Under the pieces are notes generated by a model. The model saw nothing but the letters and a program-made list of their open reading frames with translations. It searched no databases and was not told the DNA's origin. A DNA stretch of 64,000 nt from an uncultured Planctomycetota bacterium (GTDB lineage: Bacteria; Planctomycetota; Planctomycetia; Isosphaerales; Isosphaeraceae): NCBI GenBank assembly GCA_963823665.1, contig CAWGMQ010000008.1:1664001-1728000 (forward strand). The letters run 5' to 3'. Position numbers and translations under genes: made by a program. Positions 21,505-31,178 of this stretch are shown here, in pieces; positions within the stretch are counted from its first letter, which is position 1; every line of letters starts with the position of its first letter.

Positions 21505-22361
21505 ATGATCAAATTCCTGGTTCTTTCGTTCGTTCTACTCGCTCAATCCGAGGCTTCCAAGGTCGGGCCTTCTTCAGGCGCTCTGGTTGTCGACGGAGGC
21601 GGGGAAAATGCAGAGACGATCAAGAGGTTCGTGGAGCTGGCTGGTGGGGTGGATTCACCGGTGGTGCTCATTCCCACGGCACTCGAGACCGAGCAGATCG
21701 ATCTCAAGCGGCAAGGGCAGGCGTTTTCGCGCCGGTTCGGATTCAAGAACGTGACGGTTCTGCACACGCGGGACCGGGGCGAGGCGGATAAGGCGGAATT
21801 CGTGGCGCCGCTTGAGCGGGCCCGGGGAGTCTGGTTTGGAGGTGGAAGGCAGTGGAGGCTTGTGGACGCCTACATGGGCACGCGCACCCAGCGCGCGATC
21901 GAGGGGGTGCTGCGCGCGGGGGCGTGGTCGGCGGCTCATCGGCCGGCGCCACGATTCAGGGATCTTACCTCCTTCGGGGCGCTCGCGAGGGCAATCACAT
22001 CATGATGGCCAAGGGGTACGAGGAAGGCTTCGGCTACTTGAAAGGGGTGACCGTCGACCAGCACCTGATCGTGCGCAGACGACAAGATGACCTCGTGGGC
22101 GTGATTGAAAAGAAGCCCGAGCTGATCGGGCTGGGGCTGGATGAACCGGCCGCAATCGTGGTGCAGGGAGACCGGATGGAAGTGATCGGCCACAGTGTCG
22201 TCGGCATATACGACGGCAAGGATCATGACGGCAAGCGGTACTATTTCCTCGCACCCGGCGAAGTTTTCGATCTCGCCACACGAAGGCGGGTGGATAAGCG
22301 AGCGAAGGCGGACGAGCGCACGAGCGACCCCAGCAAGAACACGGCTGGACAACAGAAGTGA
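21505..22361 (+). CDS. Cyanophycinase-like peptidase S51, apparent frameshift near 21918
   Basis: GALVVDGGG, LIPTA, WFGGGRQ, then GGSSAGA (catalytic Ser), VDQH and GLDE in the next frame. Confidence 0.85.
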
Positions 22362-22378
22362 CACCTGGCGGCCAGACG

Positions 22379-23728
22379 TCAACGAGTGCCATCGTTCGCT
22401 TGAAGGGCACCGACGTGACGCTCTCTGGCGAACTTACCTAGCAACGTATAAATGTTGAAAAGCGCTTTATCCATCATGCGCTCACCGCCGCCGATCTCGA
22501 CCAGGGAGACCCCTGCGTCGGCGCCGTAGCCTCCTTCGTAGACGGCTTCGATGGTCGGGAAGTACATGCCGTGGCCGTTGCAATAGCCAAAGAACAGGGT
22601 GTGCTTCACGTATGCACGCGCTTTCAAGCGATTGGCGTGGTTGCAGAAGAACTCACCCGAGCCTCCGACCAAGGCTATCTCGCCGTTCAACAGCACGGTG
22701 TTGAGCTCGGCAACCAGGTTTTCGCCGTAAAGCTTCTGGTACGCGTGCGTGATCTCGGGAAAATAGCCGCGCTCGAAGGCGGCGGTGACTCGCGGGTCTT
22801 TGAGATCAACGCGGGTCTGGAAATGGAATGTGTCGACCACGCCCTTCACGCTCGGGGCGGCTGGCGCCTCGGTTTTTACTGCACGAGCGAGCGCGATGAC
22901 GTTGTCGGCCAGGGTTTCGCCGAAACCCTTGGGGCCAGGCGGGCCCGAGCCGACGTTGGGGCTCATGTCGCCGGCAGCACCTTGCATGAAGACGCATTTG
23001 GTGGAGAGCTCGGATTCAACCTTGTTCTTGAGAAAACCGGGGTAGTCGGCCGAGTACTTGAGGACCATTGTTTCGGTCATCACCGGGTGCGCGGCGAAGT
23101 TGACGAGGATGGCGATCGGCTTGCCTTCGGAGTCGTCGAAGCGCATGACGATCAACTGGGGGTCGGTGACTCGCAGCTCGCGTTTGGTGTGTCGGTTTCG
23201 ATTGAGCGTGACCGACTCCGTCGCGACGCCGAGCCGGGCGGGCTTCCTGGCCTTGTCGGCGGCGAGAATTGCTTCGATCAAGAGATGGGGCAGCTTCTGA
23301 GAATATTCAATCGCGGCGGGGAACTTCCCCTGGCCCAAGCCGGGCTCGTCGACCAATTCGATGACCGGTCCGTGGTGGGTATGGCTGCCGGTGATCAAGA
23401 CGTGCTTGATGCCTGCCTTGTCAGCGATTTCGCGGCGGATGATCTTCATCATGGCTTCGGTGGGCCCACGGCCGATATCGATACCGACCAACGCGACCTT
23501 GTCGTCGCCTGCGGAAATCACGACGGCCTTGGCCATCAGGGGGTCGAGGGTGCCCTCCGCGGGCTTGTCGTGGCGCGCACCATAACCCCACATGGGGATG
23601 CCCGGCGGGGGGGTGATGTCCTTATCGGCGGCGCCGGCCTGGAAGTCGGTGCCGGCTATGGCGGTGGTTTCGACCAACATGAGCAGTGCCAGAAGCCCGG
23701 AGGCCCAGCTCAAGCGACGCGTGGCCAT
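22379..23728 (-). CDS. Neutral/alkaline ceramidase-like secreted amidohydrolase
   Basis: DITPPPG..GYGAR, DPLMAKA, SHTHHGP, NFAAHP, SADYPG, QGAAGD. Confidence 0.8.
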   Translation of the reverse strand: MATRRLSWASGLLALLMLVETTAIAGTDFQAGAADKDITPPPGIPMWGYGARHDKPAEGTLDPLMAKAVVISAGDDKVALVGIDIGRGPTEAMMKIIRREIADKAGIKHVLITGSHTHHGPVIELVDEPGLGQGKFPAAIEYSQKLPHLLIEAILAADKARKPARLGVATESVTLNRNRHTKRELRVTDPQLIVMRFDDSEGKPIAILVNFAAHPVMTETMVLKYSADYPGFLKNKVESELSTKCVFMQGAAGDMSPNVGSGPPGPKGFGETLADNVIALARAVKTEAPAAPSVKGVVDTFHFQTRVDLKDPRVTAAFERGYFPEITHAYQKLYGENLVAELNTVLLNGEIALVGGSGEFFCNHANRLKARAYVKHTLFFGYCNGHGMYFPTIEAVYEGGYGADAGVSLVEIGGGERMMDKALFNIYTLLGKFARERHVGALQANDGTR

Positions 23729-23812
23729 GGAGAGGATCCTTACCTTGAGCCTTTTCGAGAAGGTGCGTGGTTATGTCCGATCGATTGGCCAACCAAGACG
23801 TCGGCATCTGAT

Positions 23813-23833
23813 GGTGGGTTTCACCCACCCTAC
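23813..23833 (-). repeat. GTAG-type REP palindrome overlapping the redoxin stop codon
   Basis: Minus strand GTAG-GGTGGG-TGAAA-CCCACC. The TAG of GTAG is the stop codon of the gene at 23830-24963. Confidence 0.6.
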
Positions 23834-24963
23834 GATCCTGCGGTGCGGCCGAGATAGGCCACGATGGCTCGCTTGAGTTCGAGGGGGTCGATCGCACCTG
23901 TTTTGCGGTAGAGGATCTTGCCGCCGGGCGCGACCAGGAGGGTGTAGGGAACGGGGCCGGGCCATTCCTGGTCGAGGGCCTCGGCAAACTTGTCGCGGTC
24001 GTCGACATTCAAGATGGCGTTGGATGCGGCGACATGGTTTTCCTTGAGCACTCGGAGGACGTCGTCCTGTTTGGCGATGTCGTCGAGACTGATCGTGACC
24101 AGCTCGAAGTTACGACCGCGATACATGCGGTTCATGGTGACGAGCTCGGGAAGCTCTGCGACGCAAGGGCCGCACCAGGTTGCCCAGAGGTTGATGAGCC
24201 GCAGCTTCTTCGTGTTGTTTTTTGCCAGCAGGGCGACAGCGGGCAGATCGATGGGCGCGAGTGCGACGGGCTCGGCGTTCCAGCGCTCGAGCGACTTGCG
24301 AGCGTCGGCCTCTTTCTCGGCCCACTTGGTCGAGCAGCCGGGTACGCGCGTGGTCTTCACCGCGACTTCGGTACCAGCGAGCACGGCGTCGATGGCGTTC
24401 TTGGCGTCGTGGGACTTGACCGGCTTCACTTCTCCATCGTCGAACCGGCCGGTGTAGCGGAGCTTGCGTCCGGCATCAAAAATGAAAACCTGCGGAGTTG
24501 CGATAACGCCGTAGGCGCGCGCGACGGACTGGGTCTCGCCGTCGTAGAGATATGGATACAAGTAGTCATGGTCTTTCGCTCGGATTTTCATTTCTTCGAA
24601 CGAGTCGCCCAGGTCAGTGTAGCCGAGCTCGTCGAGCCGGACCGCCCGAGGGTTGTTGGGCGAAATGGCGACGACCGCAACGCCCTTTTCGCGATAGTCG
24701 GCGCAAAGCCGGGCGATGCGTCCTTCGTAGGCCTGGGCCGTTGGGCAGTGATTGCAGGTGAAGACGATGAACAAGACCTTGCTCTGGGCGAAGTCTGCGA
24801 GGCTGTAGGTTTTGCCATCGACTCCCGGCAGCTTGAAGTCAGGGGCCGGCGAGCCGATTGCCAAAGGCGTCACGTCCGGCGGCGCGGCGGGAGCCATAAC
24901 GGAGGGGAGCAAAAGGGCCATCACACTCAGGAGCAGCGTCCAAGAGAGTCGGTTCATCGCCAT
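23830..24963 (-). CDS. Secreted two-domain thioredoxin-fold redoxin (AhpC/TSA + TlpA-like)
   Basis: APDFKLPGVDG, FTCNHCP, GCSTKW, and a second domain with NLWATWCGPC. Confidence 0.88.
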   Translation of the reverse strand: MAMNRLSWTLLLSVMALLLPSVMAPAAPPDVTPLAIGSPAPDFKLPGVDGKTYSLADFAQSKVLFIVFTCNHCPTAQAYEGRIARLCADYREKGVAVVAISPNNPRAVRLDELGYTDLGDSFEEMKIRAKDHDYLYPYLYDGETQSVARAYGVIATPQVFIFDAGRKLRYTGRFDDGEVKPVKSHDAKNAIDAVLAGTEVAVKTTRVPGCSTKWAEKEADARKSLERWNAEPVALAPIDLPAVALLAKNNTKKLRLINLWATWCGPCVAELPELVTMNRMYRGRNFELVTISLDDIAKQDDVLRVLKENHVAASNAILNVDDRDKFAEALDQEWPGPVPYTLLVAPGGKILYRKTGAIDPLELKRAIVAYLGRTAGS

Positions 24964-25064
24964 CACCTCGCGTTCTTTTTTTGGAGTAATGCGGAGCTCC
25001 ATAGGGTAGTGTGCCAGGATGGCTGGTCGAATCCAAGGGGGTTATCTGAATCGAGAAGGGGGCA

Positions 25065-25916
25065 ATGATGCTGGCGCTTGAATTGACGATGGCCGTGAGC
25101 GTCGTGTTTGGTGATTGTGCGGGGTTCAGGGAAGGTCCGCCTTGGCGCGAGGCCAACGTCAGCGCTGCTGGTGCGCAGGATGCGGCCAAGAAGCCGGAGC
25201 GGTGGACGCCGTTATTCAACGGGCACGACTTGACGGGCTGGTACACGTTCTTGCAGCAGCACGGCAAGAACAGCGACCCGGACCACGTGATCGCCATTGA
25301 GGACGGTTCTATTCACTTATACAAGGAAGCACCGGAGAAGAGCAAAGTGGTGATGGGGTACATCTGCACGGAGAAGGAGTACGGGAATTATCATCTGCGC
25401 TTTCAGTATCAGTGGGGGACGAAGAAGTTTGAGCCGCGGTATGCGCTCAAGCGTGATGCGGGGCTCTACTATCATCTGAACGGACCAGACGCGGTTTGGC
25501 CGCGGGGCCTGCAATTCCAGATCGAGCAGACGAATGTCGGGGATCTGATCACGCTTTTTGGGTTCGCGATGGACACCTGGATCGACCCCAAGACGCGCGA
25601 CAAGGATCAGGCCATGTTTCAGGATCCCGGACAAGGAGGCCAGCCGCGGGTGCTGGGCGGGAAGGGGATCGCGTATCAGAAGCATGCTGCGGGGGAATTC
25701 GAAGTTGACGGCTGGAATACGGTCGAGGTGATTGCGAAGGGCGACACGACGGTGCACAAGTTGAATGGGCACGTCGTCAACCGGGGTGAGAACATCCGGT
25801 TCACGGATACGGAGAAGCCGGGAACAGCTCAGCCGGTGACCAAGGGGCGGATTGCACTCGAGATCGAGGCGGCCGAGATCTTTTTCCGGAAGGTCGAGAT
25901 TCAAGAGCTGGAATAG
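25065..25916 (+). CDS. DUF1080 family secreted protein
   Basis: WTPLFNGHDLTGW, RDAG, WNTVEV, GRIALEIEAAEIFFRKVEI. Confidence 0.88.
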   Translation: MMLALELTMAVSVVFGDCAGFREGPPWREANVSAAGAQDAAKKPERWTPLFNGHDLTGWYTFLQQHGKNSDPDHVIAIEDGSIHLYKEAPEKSKVVMGYICTEKEYGNYHLRFQYQWGTKKFEPRYALKRDAGLYYHLNGPDAVWPRGLQFQIEQTNVGDLITLFGFAMDTWIDPKTRDKDQAMFQDPGQGGQPRVLGGKGIAYQKHAAGEFEVDGWNTVEVIAKGDTTVHKLNGHVVNRGENIRFTDTEKPGTAQPVTKGRIALEIEAAEIFFRKVEIQELE

Positions 25917-26002
25917 TTTGCCGCCGTAACAGAACCGGAAAATCCGAAAAAGTCTCATGTTTGCTCTCGAAGCGAGCCGAAGAGATCAGGTAGATGCTCT
26001 CT

Positions 26003-26186
26003 AACAGGAACTGACAACCCTACGAGAGAAGGCGCAACGACGGACTGCCAGCACCGCGGCGCGACATGAATCCGGCAGCGGCTGCGGCATTTCTGCCTGT
26101 TTGCGGCTTTGGCTCGATGCCGGCCGGAGGGCCATTACTCTCCGGCGGGCGTGACAATTTGACTAGACCCGGCCGTTCGACAGCAG
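26003..26186 (+). ncRNA. Candidate structured cis-regulatory leader RNA (family not identified)
   Basis: 5' CUG/AACGACGG can pair with 3' CCG..CGUU/CAG. Internal hairpin GCCGGAG-(GGCCAUUACU)-CUCCGGC at 26123-26146. Lies in a long non-coding gap 5' of a membrane-protein gene. Confidence 0.4.
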
Positions 26187-26293
26187 CGTCATCTTTTAGC
26201 CTTCCGTGCGACTGATTCGTGGGTGGATCACACCCGGGATCAACGTCCGGCAGGGCAGAAGCGGTGGTGCGCGCCCGGCTCGAGGCGACGATC

Positions 26294-27289
26294 ATGTGCG
26301 GACTCATCGTGAAGTGCGCCTTGCTGGCGGTTCTGATCCAGGTCTTCCGCGCGCTCGGCAAGTTAGGCGGGCCGCGGTACAGCGGGTTGGCGCTCGGGCT
26401 GCCGAGCACGACGGCGGTTGTTTTGATTTTCTGCGGGTGTGAGCGCGGGAGCCTGGCCGCCACGGAAATGGCCGAATCGAGCCTGCTCGGGCTGGTCGCA
26501 GCGGTATCGCTGCCGCTGGTTTTTACCGGGGCGGTGCGGCTTGAATGGCCACTTTGGGGGGCGATTGGAGCATCTGTCGGAGGATACCTGCTGGTGGCGG
26601 CGACGCTGGGATGCCTGCCGGCGATCGGGGCTATGTCGAAGGTGATGGTTGCGGCTACCGCACTCGCCGGTGCAGCGAGCTGGGTGGGACGGATTCACGG
26701 GCCGCAAACGTGCGGAGACGGTGGTCGGGTGGCTCCCTCTGGAATTCGGACGGTGGTCCTGCGCACGGCCACGCCTGTCGTGTACGTGATTCTGCTCGGG
26801 ATCTTTGAAGGGATGGCAGGTCCGAGCTGGGCAGGGCTCATGAGCACGTTTCCGAGTTTGTCCCTGGTTGTCCTGGTGGTCACGTATCTGGAAGCTGGTC
26901 CGGGCGAGTCGAGCCGGGTGGCGCAGGTTTTGCCTTGCGGGAATTTGAGCACGCTCGCTTTTCTGGCGGTCTTCCGGCTGGTGTGCGAGGGAGCGGGGGT
27001 CGGGTGGGCGACGGCCGCTGGGTATGGCGCGGCTCTCGCGGCGCTTTTTGTGATTCAGCGACTCGCGGGCGTGATCGAGGTTGCGCGAGCGACGGTGATT
27101 GGCATTAACCCAAGCCGTGTGCTCGGGCGAATCGTGTGGCGCAGCGGAGCGGAGGCGGCTCCGTGGCCCAGGGGGCTGCACATTCGCCTGCCGGGCGCTC
27201 ATGTTTGTGGGGCGAATCGCGGGCGGCTGGCGAGGAGAGCGGGGCGGCGGTGTGGATTTGAGCCGCTGGTTGAGACGCTGGCGTGGTGA
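26294..27289 (+). CDS. Multi-pass membrane protein with internal duplication (DUF3147-like halves)
   Basis: Two homologous halves, GPRYSGLALGLPSTTAVVL and GPSWAGLMSTFPSLSLVVL, each within a run of TM helices. Confidence 0.6.
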   Translation: MCGLIVKCALLAVLIQVFRALGKLGGPRYSGLALGLPSTTAVVLIFCGCERGSLAATEMAESSLLGLVAAVSLPLVFTGAVRLEWPLWGAIGASVGGYLLVAATLGCLPAIGAMSKVMVAATALAGAASWVGRIHGPQTCGDGGRVAPSGIRTVVLRTATPVVYVILLGIFEGMAGPSWAGLMSTFPSLSLVVLVVTYLEAGPGESSRVAQVLPCGNLSTLAFLAVFRLVCEGAGVGWATAAGYGAALAALFVIQRLAGVIEVARATVIGINPSRVLGRIVWRSGAEAAPWPRGLHIRLPGAHVCGANRGRLARRAGRRCGFEPLVETLAW

Positions 27290-27417
27290 GTGCACTGGGT
27301 TCAGTTGGACCGTCCCTCACTGCAGCGTTTGCATGCCCCGGCTCACGACAACCGATGCCGGTTTTGCCAAACAGACGCAGGCGAAGTGGCCGAAGAGCCG
27401 TGGTCGTGACCCGCATC

Positions 27418-30184
27418 TCACCGTTGCGCGGCGGGCTGATCGATGACCTTCCGGAATTCATTACTCTCGCGCAGGATCTCGAGGTCGGGATCTTGCCCGG
27501 CGTGCTCCCGAATGGCGGGCTCGCGAAAGAAACCTGCATTCTTGGCGCACTTTAGCCATCGCCATGCGGCCGAGAGGTGTGACTCGACGAGGGGCGATTG
27601 CTTGGCGGCGCTGGGAGACGAGTCCTTGCGGGCGAGAGCGGCGCAACGTGCGAAAATGCATGCGAGGTTGTAACAATCTTCGCCGGAGATGTCCGGAGCC
27701 GTTTTCACGAGCTGAGCCTGGCTCAGGGCGCCAGCGACGTCGTTATCGCCGACTAACTCGATAGCCCATCGCACCCGGTACGCCGGCGGCACCGGGTCTT
27801 TGGAAAGTTCCACCACTCGCTTCCAGTCATCAGCCGCTTCACGGTGTTTTTCCTTTGCTCCTAACGCTAATCCGCGATTTCCGTGCAGCTTGAGGCAAAC
27901 TTCACGGGCCACGGAATCGTTCGGCTCGATCCGAAAATACGGCTCAACCTCTTTGAGCCCGGCGGCCGACCGCGCGATGGCTTCATCAAAACGACCCAAG
28001 TTGTGCAGCATGCCACCCCAATTCAGATTGATTTGACCTAGCGTGATCACGGAATTTCCGCGTTCGTCTCGACGGTCGGGCGGAATGGACAGTACCACTT
28101 GCTCAGCCTCGTGAAAACGCTTTTCAGCCTCGGTGGGATTCTGACCCCAGAGATTAACCCCCTCGTTCATAAGGGATGCCGCCAGCCTCAGAGTGACGCC
28201 AGGTAACACGGAAGGATCGATGCGTTTGCGAATCTCAGTGGCCCTTTGATAGTGGGCCGTGGCCATAGAAGCGTTCGTTGAGGCCTTAAGAGCGATTGCG
28301 AGATTGGTGTGACACATGGCCAGTCGCTCCTGGTGCGCCATGTCGTCTGGCTTAGCCTTGACCACGCGTTCGGCCAACTCCACGGCATGTCGACTGATGT
28401 CGACGATATGTTCCCTTTGATTCAAGTCGCCCAAGCAAGCAGCGAGCATCAATAAGCAATCGACCTGGAGCGCCATGTACCCGATGTCGCCGGGTTCTTC
28501 TGCGCAGGCCCTCAACCAACCCGATCGCGCGGCGCACCGAGGTCTCGGCCTGTTTACCCTGGCCGAGCGCGTGCTGGAGGATGTACGCATCGAGTAGCGC
28601 GCGGGCGGTGTCCGCACGAACGAACGGATCTTTTGAATCGTTCTCGAGAAGGATCTGATCGTAAAAGGTCAACGCCTTTCTCTGCAGCTCGCGGCGGAGT
28701 TCAATAAGTCGCGGAGAACCGGCGACCCGAGCGTCGTAAAGCAGAGCGAGCATCGCCTGAATGGCTTTGCGAGCCTCCTGATAGTTGCGGCGAGACTCGG
28801 CGTCCTTGGCCTGCGTCCGTTTCACTTCCGCGACAAGTTGAGCGTTGTGGCGATAGGTCTGGGCGATGAATGAGGATGCGGCAATGAGGATGGTTGCCGC
28901 CAGTATCGCCGAGACCGCGGACAGTCTGGGATTGCGTCGGCACCAGCGCCAAAGCCGTACCGCGGGTCGCACAGGCCGCGCCAGCGTCGGGCGGCCGTCG
29001 AGAAATCGCCGAATGTCCTCGGCCAGCGCTACCGCGGTCGCATAACGGTGACTCGGAACTTTCTCAAGGCACTTGAGACAGATGGCATCCAGATCACGCG
29101 GAACCTCAGGCTGATGACGGGACGGCGGAATAACGGTCTCAAAGAGGACTTTCTGGACAATCTCCCCGGGTGTTTCCGCCCGATAGGGCGTTTGGCCGGT
29201 CAGGGATTCATAGAGAATCACCCCCAGGGCGTGAATGTCCGCTGGGGCGCCGACCGCCGCTGAGCCCGGACCGGCTTGCTCGGGCGCCATGTAGGCCAGC
29301 GTTCCTACGAAACTACCGACTTCGGTTCGCGTCGAATTATCCTCCACGCGGGCCAGGCCAAAGTCCGTGATCTTGGGCTCGCCCTCCGTCGTCAAGAGAA
29401 CGTTTGACGGCTTGAGGTCCCGGTGGACCACCCCGCGGCTGTGCGCGTGGTCGACAGCCCGCGCGAGCTTTTCAACGAGCCTGGCCGCTTCTTGAGGGGG
29501 CTGGGGGATTCCCGCAAGGGCCCTGGCCAACGTAACCCCGTTGATGTACTCCAATGCCAGGTACAGCTCGCTCTGATACTCCCCGATGTGAAAGATCTGG
29601 ACAAGATTCGGGTGCTGGCACTTTGCAAAGGCTGCCGCCTCGCGTTCCAACCGCGTGCGATGGCCAGAGTCGTGCTGATTCTCATGCCGCAAAAACTTCA
29701 GCGCCACCTTCCTCTTTAGCGCAAGTTCATCGGCCAGGTACACGACTCCCATTCCCCCGCTTCCCAGAACACGTTCAGTTCGATAGCCGGGGATTTCCGG
29801 TAACCCATTGGGTGCGCAAACTTGCGAAGCTCCGTCGTTCGTAATCGGTACCAGCGTAGGAGGGCGAGATTCAGTAGAGAATGAGATCGCATCATAAATC
29901 TCGAATAACTGCGACAATGGCTCTGCCAGATCGGGGTAATCGCACAGGTACTCTGCCGGCGTCGGCGTGTCGCCTCTTCTGCGGCGGAGGACGATCTCCT
30001 GATTAATAAGCTCAATAATCGACTCCGGCTCAGCGGCGAATGATGCCTGCCGTTCGAGGTAAAACTTGAAGGGTCTGCATTCCCCACGCATCCAGTCCCT
30101 GACCTGTTCAGAAAGAAGCTGCTCGAGGGACAGGCCGAGCGGGCTGACCGTGGCACTTGCAATCTCATCCTTTACGTCAATCAT
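27418..30184 (-). CDS. Ser/Thr protein kinase with TM and TPR C-terminus, apparent frameshift near 28500
   Basis: GSGGMGVV, VALKFL, HRDLKPSN, ITDFG, YMAPEQ, WRWCRRNP TM lead-in. The ORF at 27418-28617 supplies TPRs ending YNLAC..DPDL. Confidence 0.88.
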
Positions 30185-30758
30185 CGGGCAGTCCTTCAAG
30201 GTTCAACTCGCGAGCGATCCGGTCGAGTGCACGGTGAAATCGCTTCTTTGCCGTGTCGGCCTTGCCTCCAAGCTGCGCCGCGACCTCATCCCACTTGAGG
30301 CCCTGCGTGCGCAGATCCGATACCTTACGTTCGTCGTCTGTAAATCGCTTTCGCACTTCCTCAAGCAAATCCTTCCACATAACCTGGCTCGCTGGTCCCT
30401 TCGCGGGATCGGCGGGCTCGATGCCAGCAAGGCCCGGAGCAGCGACCGGAACCACACTGGTCCGGCGTTCGGGGCTCCGTGCCAGGTCGGCGACCTTGTT
30501 CTTGGCGATTTTCCTCAGGAGTGCCGTAAGTTGAGCCGGCCCTGCAATATCGTACTGCCCGAGCGCTGCCCGAATGAAGAAGCTCGCCATCACCGACTGA
30601 TAAATGTCGGACGGATCAGCGACACGCATGATCGATTCGACGCGCATGACGGCCGCCACCACTCTCTTGACGGCGGGTCTATACGTCTCGAACATTTCTG
30701 CTGCGGCCGCCTCGTCGCCGACCCGCACGCGCTCGAGTAAGTCTTCGAATCCACTCAT
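30177..30758 (-). CDS. ECF sigma factor of the planctomycete kinase-associated type
   Basis: LLERVRVGDEAAA..F..YRP, DPSDIYQSV, LRKIAKNKVAD, and region-4 HTH (WDEVAAQLG..TAKKRFHRAL). Overlaps the kinase start. Confidence 0.85.
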   Translation of the reverse strand: MSGFEDLLERVRVGDEAAAAEMFETYRPAVKRVVAAVMRVESIMRVADPSDIYQSVMASFFIRAALGQYDIAGPAQLTALLRKIAKNKVADLARSPERRTSVVPVAAPGLAGIEPADPAKGPASQVMWKDLLEEVRKRFTDDERKVSDLRTQGLKWDEVAAQLGGKADTAKKRFHRALDRIARELNLEGLPDD

Positions 30759-31178
30759 GCAGACGCTCCGGTAGCGGCCCAGGAACACGACGATGAGCGC
30801 CGCGATGCGCCCGGCTTCTACCCGCGAACCGAGCCGACGACTGGCTGTCGTGATCTTTTCGGGGCGTTTGCGGGAATCAAGTGATGGGGCCTAAAACGGC
30901 TGGTCACGCCGGAACCCGTTTCATCCAATGGCTTTAGGGGCTTTCCGCTTCCGTCTCAATGTCCCGGACACCGACTATGATCTCGAAATCCGGTGACGGC
31001 TTTCCACGATTTTGTCCCCTTCTTCGTTTCCGCCCCGATGGTTACAGACGAGGCGCCACGGCGGCAGCCCCTAATGGCTCGATCACGGAAATGGTGAAAC
31101 CGAGACAGCAGGGCGTGCCGTCACGCCTCGCCGCGCATCCCGGCCCACCTAGCATAAGCCAACAGGGAGCCGTCTTCC

